From Eledone cirrhosa (taxonomy: Eukaryota), in the NCBI GenBank assembly GCA_964016885.1, contig OZ024744.1:83824001-83888000 (forward strand): a stretch of 64,000 nt of DNA. Direction: 5' to 3'. This document shows positions 25,428 through 39,264 of this stretch, one piece after another. Below the pieces are notes generated by a model that was given only the letters and a program-made list of their open reading frames with translations, had not been told where the DNA came from and ran no database searches. Each line of letters starts with the position of its first letter. Within the stretch, counting starts at the first letter, position 1. A program made the translations under genes and the position numbers.

Positions 25428-25429
<2 letters not shown>
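23983..25429 (+). repeat. 3' pseudo-LTR (1447 bp)
   Basis: Direct repeat of 20403-21853. Confidence 0.93.
25274..25390 (+). ncRNA. Type I hammerhead ribozyme with enlarged stem II domain (second copy)
   Basis: Identical to 21698-21814. Predicted cleavage after 25385. Confidence 0.78.
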
Positions 25430-25502
<73 letters not shown>

Positions 25503-26080
25503 ACATACACACACACACACATATATATACATATAAATACACACACACATATACACACGCACATAAGCATACATATAGATATACAAGCACACCCCAGACA
25601 TATAAACACAGCACAGACACAAAAGAGTATATAATACAAATACATATACACGCACACATAAATGCATACAACCACATACACACATATAGTATAACAATTT
25701 CTTAAGGATAAAAGCATAAATATAAAAACTATAAAGTTACATACACACATACGCATAAGTACGTACACACGCATGCACATGCACATACACACACACACAT
25801 ATATATATATATATAAATACATATACATATATATATAAAATATAAATATGTACACGCACACGTATACATATATATACATATACACACATACATACATACA
25901 CACATATACACACACACATATATATATAAAAGAAATACATAAAAATGTATTTTCAATTTTATTCATATATATATATACACATACATATATACACACACAC
26001 ATATATACATACATATATATATATACATATATACACACATATATACATATATACACATATATATATATATACATACATAT

Positions 26081-26111
<31 letters not shown>

Positions 26112-26142
26112 CACATACACATACACATATATATACATACAT

Positions 26143-26251
<109 letters not shown>

Positions 26252-26399
26252 CATATACACACACACACACATATATATATACACATACACATACACATAT
26301 ATATACATACATACATACATACACATACACATATATATACATACATACATACACATACACAATATACACATACACATACACACATATATATATACACAT

Positions 26400-26815
26400 G
26401 GTGGCTGCCAACTCGTTTTCGAGTACGGCCACTACTTTATATCCATGTAGGAGAACGCCTACGAAGCGCTGAACGAGTGTGACTTTTTAGTCCAGCCAGG
26501 GACTTGAAAACTCTGGTACAAACACTACACTTGTGACAATTATTGACACATAGTGCTGGGTCCATGGTACCATGTGACGACAAGTGTAAAGAGAGCTCCA
26601 GATATAAAGCAATGCCTGTGCCGTGAAGCTTTTATAGTGAGCAAAGGCACTGCACAAAGCCAGTCCCACTCTCTTAACCAAGATGATATTTACCAAAAAG
26701 AAGAACATGTCAATATCATTGGATACCATCAGGGTTGCAGGTGTTATATCAGAGTTTTCCTTCTCCTAGAATTCTGCCTTGACAAAAGCTAAGGCGTCAT
26801 CTCTCTCGGTGATTT
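26400..26815 (+). mobile_element. Unclassified old interspersed repeat (probable LINE 3' end)
   Basis: Diverged homologue on the minus strand at ~60405-60610 (shared GCAATGCCT, CCA.TCCCACT, CATTGGAT, TTATATCAGAGT...TTCTCCTAGA). Confidence 0.5.
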
Positions 26816-27352
26816 TGGATGGCTATTGACTCTTACATATACACATACACATATATATTGACTCGTACATATACACATACACATATACATACATACACAA
26901 AATAAAAATAAAGGGAAGGAAGGGGTATTAAAATAGTAGGGCATACGAAAAATAAAAAAATAAAGGTATAAATGTTTATAGCTAATTAAGAGCACTCAAC
27001 GGTTCCTGGAGCAAATAATCAATAAAAGTAAGCATTAAAAAACTCTGTATGTAATTATACATACACATACAAAACCATACATAGACCCACACACACAACC
27101 AACTACATTCAAATATATATACATATACATATATATATATACATACATATATATATACGCACATATATATATATTTATGTATATATATACACACACACTA
27201 ATATATACACACACATAAGTACAAAGGGTTACGACACCACATAAATAAAAATACACAACACATATATAAACACACATATATATATATACACATACATACA
27301 CATATATATATAAAAAATGTATACATACATATACACATATATATATATATAT

Positions 27353-27546
27353 ATAGGAACGAGTAAGACCCCGACGGCTGAGCTCAAGCCGTTTCGACGG
27401 CTAATTCTGGACTCAGAATTAGCCGTCGAAACGGCTTGAGCTCAGCCGTCGGGGTCCTACTCGTTCCTATTACCCACTCTACTACCCTAAGTATTGAGTA
27501 CTTTGGTGCGTTATGGTCCACTTGGTTCCTTACCACATTTCTTTCG

Positions 27547-27550
<4 letters not shown>
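27353..27550 (+). mobile_element. Fold-back PLE end: 118-bp palindrome plus tail
   Basis: 57-bp arms with one mismatch around a GACT loop. The right arm has GAAA-cggct...agccg-TC (hammerhead 3' half). Confidence 0.75.
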
Positions 27551-27593
<43 letters not shown>

Positions 27594-29009
27594 CACTTAA
27601 TCACACATATACACGACAACATACATACACGTAAAATTAATATATAAAAATCAAAAGGGGGTGGGTATGTAAATGGTAAGGTAGAGAGGAGGTGGGAATA
27701 AGGAAAATAAATAACACAAGAAAAAGTTAAAAAATAAGAGGAGAGAAGGGAGAATGAGAAAATAAGGGTACAGAAAGCGAGTTCAGAGAGTAATAAAAGT
27801 CGTAGTAGATGTAAGGCGTAAAGAGCAAAGAAGAAGTTCAAGGTGGTTAAGTCATCGTAGCAAAGAAGTTCAAGGTGGTTGAGTCATCGTAGGAATGTCA
27901 ATCCACTTACAGAGCAGATGTTATTTCAGGTGAGGACAACATCTGAAGATCTCGGTCTTATATATATATATTGTTGTCATATTATTCGTTAAGATATTTA
28001 TAACTTATGTAAATTATGAATAATATTGATTCAAGATGGTGATAAAATTTATTGCAGTCAGTATTAGTTCTGGCTGTTTACGTTCTGATTTCAAATACTG
28101 CTGCCGTAAACTTTTTTCTTTCTTCCTGGATTGATTGGCTGTATCGTTAGAGGCTTGACCTAAATGTTTTGTCGTATTTCGTCTGACGCTTTACATTCTG
28201 AATTCCTAAGTAAGTGTATCGATGTTGGTATTTTTTATTTCGTGTAAAAATACGTGAATGAAGTCAACAAAAATCCACCTCTGCATCATGCTACCATGAA
28301 AATGGTCTTTGTTATCAAGAATATTCAACAGAAAAGATGCATAGAAGTAGTCATATTTGATAAAGATTTGCAAGGGTTAACAAACATTCAGTATTAACAA
28401 ATATCTTTAAGCTTAACAAAAATGTCGAAGGTTAACTAAGACAATGTAAGAATGCCTTAACGATGTCTGTAGATCCTAACATAGATATTCTCTATAACAT
28501 ATTTATGTCTATCCTATAAGTAATTTCTGACTTTCCTTACAGAAAAAAAATGTTTCTCTATGCAGTTCTTCAAATTACAAATAGTAAGAATGGCACATTT
28601 CTTAACTGCCAAGGTATTCTTAATTCAAAAGTGTTCAACAGATTTCTTAGCTTCTCAGTTCGTATGTTCGCTATGTTACACTCACTTGTTCTTCCTATGC
28701 TGAGTAATACACCATTGTCGTTTCTGTCAGTCTTATTACGTGTTATCAGGCGGTTCATTAAACCCAAGAATGAACCGGTATCTGATCCAGGAAAAGGTCG
28801 TGTGTTCTCAGTCGCTTAAGACTAATGAAACTGAAATAAGCAACAGCCTAATGTGCCTTTGGACTTGGGACAGGCATTTATTTATATTCATATATAAAGA
28901 AAATTATAGTGCTTACGATTTACGATCGGAACGTTGTGGATTTGATTCTGGTTTGTGCGGTGCGTTGTTTATTTAAACAAGGCTCTTCCCTTCAAATGTC
29001 TCCTGTCAA

Positions 29010-29245
29010 TGATGGTGATGATGATTATGGTGATGGTGATGGTGATGATGATGATGATGATGGTAGTGGTGGAGGTGGTGGTGGTGGTAGTAATGATGAT
29101 GATGATGGTGGTGGTGATGGTGGTGGTGGTGATGATAACGATGATGACGATGATGATTATGATGAAGATGGGGAGGAGGAGGCGAAGGGGAAAGGGGAGG
29201 CGGAGAGAGTTGGTGATGGCAAAGCTACTAATGATGATGATGAAA
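29010..29245. repeat. Degenerate (GAT)n/(GGT)n trinucleotide repeat
   Basis: Direct reading. A similar (GAT)n(CAT)n tract lies at 51124-51265. Confidence 0.92.
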
Positions 29246-29714
29246 TATATATATCTCTTGGGAGTTGATGGTCAGTCGTACTATCCATGCTTGGTGAGAG
29301 GTAGTATTGTGAAATGTAAAAACTAACATTCTCCCATCCCCTCTGGCTTTCGGCTGACTGCCACGGACGGGACGGGTAGCAGTAAACTATGGTACAGGCC
29401 TAGATGGGTCATTGTTTGGCTGAGAGGGTGAACTGACTAAGCGAATTTCGTTGATATCTGTGGTAGCTAATGGTCAACTTCGGACATGCGCCTGCGCAGA
29501 CCGGTGGGGGTGAATTGGTACTCACAGGGGAACGGATGAAGAACCCAAAAGCGCACACTTCGTCCGTTCCCATGTCGATTCAACTTGGATTGCCTCGGAA
29601 ACATAACCTTATTATGTAACAAGCTGTCTGACGATGTCACGACACTCGCACACAGAACAGTGTGGCCAGTGTCGTCATTGAAATATATATCACAGCATTT
29701 ACCTCCCTTTATGA

Positions 29715-29835
29715 TCTGAGTTCAAATCCCGCCGAGATTAACTTTGCCTTTCATTCTTACGGAGTCGATAAAATAAAGTACCAGTAATGCACTGGAATAA
29801 TTGCTGGCCTGGTGCCACAAGTAGAAACAATTATT
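29715..29835 (+). mobile_element. 5'-truncated SINE
   Basis: B-box, central domain and 3' end of the family. Confidence 0.8.
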
Positions 29836-29886
29836 ATTAAAGGACTTGAACATCTGAAACTACTTCGCTTTTACTTATTCTCTCTG

Positions 29887-29938
<52 letters not shown>

Positions 29939-29999
29939 ACGCTAACGTAAGCGGTTGGTTGTGCAATGTTTGTTTATGTGTTTATACACACACACACAT

Positions 30000-30172
<173 letters not shown>

Positions 30173-30444
30173 TCTCTCTCTATACAAACACATAAACAAA
30201 CATTGCTCAAGTTAGCGTTTACGTTAGCGTACACACACACACATACACGCACGCACACCCACATAAGTACTTTTAACATCTACACATGGAACTTACTACA
30301 TGTTTCATCATAATCTGTGTGTGTGGGGGGTTTGTAGTTGTATGCGTTGGTATAGACGTATAAATGTATACTATATATTTATAAATACAAATACACACAA
30401 GAGCACAAGCACAACCTTATATATACACGCATACACACACACAC

Positions 30445-30495
<51 letters not shown>

Positions 30496-30598
30496 TAATT
30501 AAATGTATATATATACATATATTATATATATAAACACACACACACATATATACATACGAATATATATATATATACCATTATTAAACAATATGTATATG

Positions 30599-30668
<70 letters not shown>

Positions 30669-31002
30669 CATATATGTGCAAATGTATATATAAATACATA
30701 TATTGTATATATGTTTGTGTATGTGTGTGTGTTATATGCATGAGCATCTATGTGTATATAGATGTGCATAGAAATCATAAATTAATTAATATAATTCACA
30801 AATAAATACAGTTAAAAAAGGTGTGAAATCTAATAAACAGTTCCTGAGTAGAACGGCGAGAAATTATATTTATCTATCTATCTATCAAATATATATCTAT
30901 CTATGTATCTATCTATCTATGTATCTATCTATCTATCTATATATCTATCTATCTATCTATCTATATATTTATATTTTTATATATCTGTCTATCTATTTAT
31001 CT

Positions 31003-31070
<68 letters not shown>

Positions 31071-31239
31071 ACTTGTTCGGGGGGGGGGGGGGGGGTAAAC
31101 CCCAAAACGCCTCCTCCCTATTGAGGACTGTATTGTTAATTTTATATTTGTTATTTGTTTTTTTACTCGTTCTTTTATGTAAACTCCCCCCTTATATTTG
31201 TCCCCTTCTTTTGTGCCTTCGTGGCAAATAAATAGAAAC

Positions 31240-31273
<34 letters not shown>

Positions 31274-31402
31274 CCCTCTCTATCTATCTATCTATCTGTT
31301 ATCTATATATTTGTCTATCTGTCTATTCTCCTATCTATTATTTGTCTATCTATCTATATATATCTATTTCTCTCTCTATCTATCTATCCCTCTCCCCCTC
31401 CC

Positions 31403-31446
<44 letters not shown>

Positions 31447-31539
31447 CTTCCTCTCTATCTATCTATCTTTCTATCTATCTATATCTACATAACAATCTAT
31501 CTACTTACCTTCTTACGTACCTACCAACATATCTATCTT

Positions 31540-32450
31540 GTACTCAGGCGCTCACAATCCTCTGTCAAGCGGGCGCAGCAATCAGTGGAGACTCCACTTC
31601 GACATTCTATAGAGGGTTAGTACGTGACAAGGGCGACGACGTGCTCGTAGAAACTCTAGGCGTCGAAGACGACGAGCTCACCAGTCTGTTCCGTAGGACT
31701 TTCCGCCCGGGACCTATGGACAACTTCCCTGGCCTGGCTATACTACCGAGGAGCTCTACCAGTTCTAGACAAGATCTATAGACACGGACGCCCCGGCAGG
31801 GATCCTTCCAAGAGGACGTGTCCAAGATGCGAGCAGGACATTGAAAACGTCTTGCACGCAATTGTACACTGCCCGGGCGTAACCGACCTGTGGAACTACG
31901 CAGAACAACTGCTGCCGCGTATGGGACAAATCCAGTTGACTGCCGAATCCATAGTAAGGATCAAACGGCCAACCTCTTTCAAAAACGAAAGAGAGGCGGT
32001 TTTTCTCTGTACAGTGGCTATGGTTGAAGAGGATTGAGAAGACTGAGGGCAGATGCCTCTCTCTCCGGACAACAACTCATTCCCTTCTTTAGCTAGAAGG
32101 AGAATCAGAGTGGAGAGAGAGGCACTGCACCCCAGTAAATTTACTGAAAAGTTGGTGAATACAGCAAAAATGGCCCGAGTGATTGGGCCTTCTCTGTATA
32201 TAAACCTGTAGGTTGAAGAAGAGAGCAAAATGAACAAAGGAGCACTTGCACAACACGCTCCTCGAGTTGAGGGTTGTTCTATCGACGGGGTATTAATCAA
32301 CCCATTTAATGCGCCTCCCCGCTATTGGGGAGTTCGATTGTTACATTTGTTTGTTTTAATAATATTTTTACACGACTGTATGTAAAATCCCCGGCATATG
32401 TCTTTGTATTGTCCCCTTGTCTTTTGCACGCTTGTGGCTAATAAAGAAAT
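31540..32450 (+). mobile_element. 5'-truncated Tx1/L1-like LINE 3' end
   Basis: FYRGLV...ETLGV, CPRC...HAIVHC, LTAESIVRI. Homologous to 14800-15430 and 58082-58941. Ends TAATAAAGAAAT and is preceded by (ATCT)n. Confidence 0.85.
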
Positions 32451-32719
32451 ATATCTATTTATGTTATGCTCCGTCTCTGCTTTGCGTCTTTCTATATATC
32501 CATATTTATGCCTATGCACAAATAAATATATATATCTCTTGCTGACTATTTCTCTCTATGTATATATAGGTGTGTGTGCGTGTGCGTGTGTACGTGTGTA
32601 CATGATAGGTGTGTGAGTGTGTATAAATTCTATAAACACATACAATGAGTTTAGACACACATATGTCTTCGTGCACACTTGCAATTGTGTATATAAATAC
32701 ATATATATATATATATGTG

Positions 32720-32780
<61 letters not shown>

Positions 32781-33199
32781 GTGTGTGTGTTTGTGTGTCT
32801 GTGTGTCTGTGTGTGTGTCTGTGTGTGTGTGTGTGTGCGCGTGTTTGTGCTTGTGTGTGTATAAACATAATTTTGTATATGCCAATAATATATATATCCG
32901 CATATATACATATAGATAGATACACACAGGTACAGATATGTGTATGTGTGTGTGTATGTGTATGTACTGTGTATGTCTCTATGTGTGTGTACTCTATGCG
33001 TGTATACTGTGTGTGTTTACTAATGATGTGTATACTGTGTATATATTACGTGCAAGTTTGGATTAATTTTGTGAAATATGGAATTTATTATTCTCATTGT
33101 TTACTTTTGCGTTATAATTTCAACTGCATCATTTGAAATTTAATTATATAATTTAAATTTTTAATTTAATATCTCACATCATATGTATATATTTTATAG

Positions 33200-33246
<47 letters not shown>

Positions 33247-33250
33247 TATA

Positions 33251-33281
<31 letters not shown>

Positions 33282-33452
33282 GTATATGTATATATATACT
33301 ATATATATATACATAGTATATATATATAGTATATATATATATATATACACCACACACACATACATATATAAACATATATAACAATACAGACAGACACACA
33401 CACACACACCCATACATATACGTATATATATATATTTTATATATATATATAT

Positions 33453-33553
<101 letters not shown>

Positions 33554-33561
33554 TATACATA

Positions 33562-33661
<100 letters not shown>

Positions 33662-34049
33662 TATATATATATATACATATATATACATATCTATATATAT
33701 ATATATATATATATATATGCGTGTATGTGTGTACGGTACAAATGCATTGCACTAATAGGCCTAATACAATTCTTGAACTGATCTTTCAAACCCTTGTGCT
33801 ATTTGTGATCGTCTGTCTATCAATTTCAGCTTTGGATGTGTGTTAATGTACCTATATACTTTCTATTCTTCTATCCGTCTCTATATATCAACTTATTTAT
33901 TTATATAACTATCCGTTTATAAGTATAATTATCTGTAACACTTAAAGCATCTATTTCTGTCCATCTATGCATCAGAATCTGGCTGACGATCAATCTATCT
34001 GCATATCTCACTAACTGTAAGTAAATATGCATATGTGTGCATGCATATG

Positions 34050-34080
<31 letters not shown>

Positions 34081-34157
34081 GTGTGTGTGTGTCTGTCTCG
34101 GTGTGTATATACATATATGTATACATATATATATATATATAGATATACATACATATA

Positions 34158-34251
<94 letters not shown>

Positions 34252-34686
34252 TATGTCAAGATGAATGGACCTGTTATTTTTATCCAAATACATTTTTTCC
34301 AATTCCAACCCGCCCGTCCCCTCAATCTATCTTAATTCTCATTATTTCTTATGGTGAAGGATTAGCGTCCGAAACGTTAAGTCCCTCTTCCTCCTATATC
34401 AAGCGTTAATCTAATATATCCATTCCACATACTGTACCGATTGTGTTGTTATTTCTATTTACCTTTTACATATATATATATAGTGAAAGAATGAAGAGTA
34501 ACATGATTGGCTATACAACAAGGGGGTTTATTTTTTCAGGTATTAACAATTGTTTCATTGATCAAGTGAGTCTAGAAGCCGCTAATCGCTCGAAGTTGCT
34601 TCAAACAAAGCCGTACGTTAAAACTATCCACGACGCAGAGAACTCACAACCTCTAACTGGATTACCTATAACGATAACTTGTTATC

Positions 34687-34807
<121 letters not shown>

Positions 34808-35247
34808 TGTATATATAAACATACCCGCTTTGGCTAAGAACGAAAAATTTGCTGAAGAAGTAAATCCTATGTTCTGTCGTCAAAAACCATTATATTGCAG
34901 ACTCCTGCAATAGGAATTTGCCGCTCTTGGATTTGCAGAAACTTAGCGCTGATGTTGGATGTGATATTGTGATCTATATTGTTGATATACGATGTAAGTT
35001 ATATATTTTGCACTCAGCCTCACCGCTATGTCCGGGTCAGAATAAAATCTTTTCCTGGGTCATGCATTTTCGTTGCTCTGTTAATGCGGTTGGACTGCCG
35101 ACTGGTATATCTGATTTGCTAAGCTGTCTGAACGTAATGTTATTACTCTGAGGTCTTACCTCATCCGAGTGCTAAACCTACAGACCGATTATGCATATAC
35201 GCTAGCTTGGCCGTATACTAAAGCTTCGTCAATGCTGTACTAAAATG

Positions 35248-35285
<38 letters not shown>

Positions 35286-35543
35286 GAAAATAGAAACGTA
35301 CAAGAAGATGCAATAACATAAAGTGTGTTAGTTTCATGCTTAAAGGAAAAATAATGTGTTACATAGTCAACGTTCATTAGAAAAACACAAAATGAAAATT
35401 GCATATAAAAAAAAAATTTAAATGAAAAGTCGTTAAATTAAATTAGAAAGAAAAAAAGTATAAAGGTGAAATGTATGTATGTGTGTGTGCGAATTATTTA
35501 TATATAGATAGATAGACGGAAATTATTCTACGTATGTATGTAA

Positions 35544-35625
<82 letters not shown>

Positions 35626-35956
35626 ACTATGGGTCATTAGGCGATTGTAAGTACATGGCACTTACATGGAAGTTACGCTACTCTGAACTGTTGACGACTG
35701 TTACACAATGCAAGACTTAACAGCGTTACAACACATATTGAAAGTATCCACTTTGCATACCTGCAAGTCATTTACTAAGCACAGTATAACTTCGAAAACC
35801 ACTACCTGAAATGAGAATGATGCTTCCGTGCATCACATTTTAACCCCCTCAATAAAATTACCATAACCCAAATATTTACCTACTAATCTCTATTATCCAT
35901 TCCACCAAAGCAAATTAGTGCATGGGATTGACTGTAAAAGTAAATTATTTTCAGCG

Positions 35957-36005
<49 letters not shown>

Positions 36006-36076
36006 ATTTGTTTTGCAAGGTTTTCTAAATGAAATCGTGTGTTGAAACAAATATCGTTATATTCCTGGAGGGTCGA

Positions 36077-36255
36077 TTGGCAGTATCCGTAGAACGTCGG
36101 ACGCGATGCTTTCCACCATAGTTACGTCCCTTTACGTTCTGAGTTCAAATCCCGCCGAGGTTAACTTTGCCTTTCATCCTTACGGGGTCGATAAAATAAA
36201 GTACCAGTAATGCACTGGGGTAATTGCTGGCCTTGTGCCAAATGTAGAAACAGTT
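36077..36255 (+). mobile_element. Full-length tRNA-derived SINE
   Basis: Family consensus. Inserted in a PLE terminal remnant. Confidence 0.9.
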
Positions 36256-36448
36256 ATATTTCTGTAGAGTCATATTGTTATAATATTGCCAGAAATAATA
36301 AAAAACACACAGTTTGGTTTTAGTTGGTTTTTTGGTTTGGCTTCCATATATTATATAACCCTATAGTTAGTTCAGCGAGCAATCAATGGTTCTCATTGAT
36401 TGACCAGCGGTTAAAAGTAAAGGTTAAAATATATATATATATAATCTA

Positions 36449-37250
36449 ATAAATCCCTTTCATGTCCATCTCTATGAGGATCTTATATTTCTCCGTGGCT
36501 CCTTTAATATAAGAACATCATAGAGATGGACATGAAAGGGATTTGCCCATTGTACAGGAACAAATCATGGAATAGCATAAATAGAACTAAACATAAGATA
36601 ATGTAAGCCACTTCATGGTACAACAACCAGAAATACCAGAGTGTCATATTCGTGGACACGGCCCCTGGAGGGAAATTAGCTAACCAGTGTAGAAAGGCCG
36701 TGAGAAAGACCCACTTAAAGATTAAGGTGGTAGAAAAGCCAGGAACCACCATAAAATCCCTGATCAGCAAAACATACCCTTTTAAGAAAACCCACTGTAC
36801 TAATAGGAAATGTATCATATGTAAAGTAAACCCCCGGATAAACTGTTAAACTAGAAACGTAGCATAAGATGTACAGAGGGTACTTGCAGAATATGACAAC
36901 GACATACATAGGAGAGACAGCTCGGAGCTTAGGGGTGGGGATAGACCAAAACTGGGGTGAACTTAAAAGGACAAAACACGGTTCGGTACTATATGATGAA
37001 CACGCCAGACTAAGACATGGCGGTGACATAGACAACATAGAAATTAAAAAAATATGTAAACATAGAAATGACTCAACAGTTAGACAAATTAGGGAAGCAA
37101 GTGAAATAGAACTAAGAAAACCGAAGTTGAACAGAAAAAAATGAATGGAATAACAACAACAACAACCATACACAAACACACAATAGTGACCTAATATAAA
37201 TACAAATGAATAAACACAGGTACAATAACAACAACCACACATCATGCCAC
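36449..37250 (+). mobile_element. PLE 3' fragment with 5' fold-back inversion
   Basis: Same family as 6660-7900 (PGGKLANQC, VVEKPGT, YIGETARS). 36450-36489 is inverted relative to 36506-36544. Confidence 0.82.
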
Positions 37251-37264
37251 CCACCTACAAATTT

Positions 37265-38330
37265 TAGAAAATTCGTGAAAATATCGGCACTAGAATCTCT
37301 AATTTCTCTAATAAAGCAATATTTGACAGAGCGGCACCCTACTACAACTTGGTGTTAGGTAACAGCGGCTTATTGCAACCAAGTGCTTACCCCCCTATTA
37401 ATGCCAACAACAATAGGAATAGAAATCGTCTAATACAAAAATAATTGGGTTCATCACCACCCTTCTCACTCAACGTTTAAAATAATGTAGGTAGAATATT
37501 TTTAGCTCTGTAATATAGACACTTCCCGATACAAATACCGCTCCAAATACCCAATACAAATACCGCTCCATCTTTAACAGACACAGGGTGGAACTAGGAT
37601 AATCCTCTGCTAAGTATATGAAGGCTCACATCACCAACAACCCTAAGAGTAGAACCCCACCAGGATGCTCTTGTCGAAGGCATGAAGCTTGTCCTCTTCA
37701 ACAACAATGTAGCACACCCGCTGTAATTTACGAATTTACAAAAGGTCAAATCCTATGTAGGCATGGCGGAGAGCGGGTTTAAAGAACGATTCCTGAATCA
37801 TCTGTCAACCTTCAGATACCCAGACAAACGATCGTCCACGAAGATCGCGAACCACGTATGGTGCCTCAAGGACACAGGCGTGGATTAGTCCATTGAATGG
37901 AAAGTTATTACTAAGTGAAATCGAAATCCGTCTTGTGGGCTGTGAATTGATGAAAGAATCAATATCCTCAGAGGTTCTTAATAGCGCGTGTCTAAATTGA
38001 AGTAATAAACTTTTTTCACGTTGTCCACACGTCTGGAAACATCTATTACGTAATTACAAAGTTCCAGACTGACTAACATGAAGAATCTATAATATTCTGT
38101 ACTGAATAACGTGAATAATCTATTATTATTATGAGTATCCACAGTTGTCCACCACTCACCGATCTAACGTGGGAGTACCTTCCCTTTGGGATGTAAATGT
38201 TTCTGCACATGCGTATTTGTACAATTGTATTTTATTTCCTTTTCCGTACAACCTCATTTAAAGCGAGTTGATGATCCGAATAAGGTGAAACAATTGTTCT
38301 CGAAAATGGTGAACTAACTGCTGTGGAACT
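37265..38330 (+). mobile_element. Degenerate Naiad PLE 3' half with terminal mutated hammerhead
   Basis: PPFSLNV, RHFP, GCSCRRHEACPLQQQC, YVGMAESGFKERF, CGL*IDE, SRCPH. HHR at 38264-38302 has TTGATGA. Confidence 0.8.
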
Positions 38331-38484
38331 ACTTGTGTGTGTGGGGGGTGTATGTGTGTGCTGTGTGTGTGTGTGTGTCTGTGTGTGTATGTATGTATAA
38401 ATTTAAGTATGTATATATATATATATATTTATATATATACATACTTATATTTATACATACATGCATACGCACACACACACACAC

Positions 38485-38626
<142 letters not shown>

Positions 38627-38810
38627 AACATATATATACATATATAGATATATACATATATAATAATAATAATATTTATACTTATATATATAATCTATAT
38701 ACAATTATAAATACGAAAGGGTTAGATTTTGTATTACCCTATTACCAGTTAGAAAATTAGCTCAATGTAAATCATCAGATGTATTACAGAGCAGAAATAC
38801 AAAATATATA

Positions 38811-39264
38811 TTTAATGCATTTAATTGCTGACGATCGTTTCTTCCAGACTACTGTTTGGATTCATCGGAACATACACAATGTTTAAACAAGTAATTCCAT
38901 TCCTAGTCTTTAGAACATTCATTAAGATACATTATTTCTAACAGTGTCAGTGATATCATATTGTAAAACAAGAATAATAAAATATTACAGTGAAAAGATA
39001 GCAAAATATTGGAAGGTGTTATAAAGAGCGTATTACAAAAAGTGAGTATATCAAGGGTATTACACAGAAAGTTAATAATAGTATGCATAAATGTAATACA
39101 GATACAACATTATAGAATGCTTATACAAGATATTACAGTAAAAAGGCATATTGAAAGTTGTTATAAGTCTAGGAATATAATTACTTGTTTAAACATTGTG
39201 TATGATCCGATGATGTCAGGCAGTAGTCTGGAAGAAACGATTGTCAGCAATTAAATGCATTAAA
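38811..39264. mobile_element. Mini element with ~100-bp inverted arms, each holding a CCGATGA hammerhead-like motif
   Basis: Arms 38811-38911 and 39164-39264. Motifs at 38826-38872 (-) and 39203-39249 (+). Confidence 0.7.

Larger units (their letters stand above)
20403..25429 (+). mobile_element. Intact Naiad-clade Penelope-like retroelement in partial-tandem (pseudo-LTR) form
   Basis: Direct repeats 20403-21853 and 23983-25429 flank or overlap a single long ORF. Both ends abut (TA)n-type repeats. Confidence 0.93.

Noticed and set aside
28909-29268. Asp/Gly-rich 119-aa ORF as a possible exon
   Set aside because: Degenerate GAT/GGT repeat with no splice or homology support.
34345-34390. GAAGGATTAGCGTCCGAAACG hammerhead-like remnant
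   Set aside because: The CTGANGA strand and stem I are missing.
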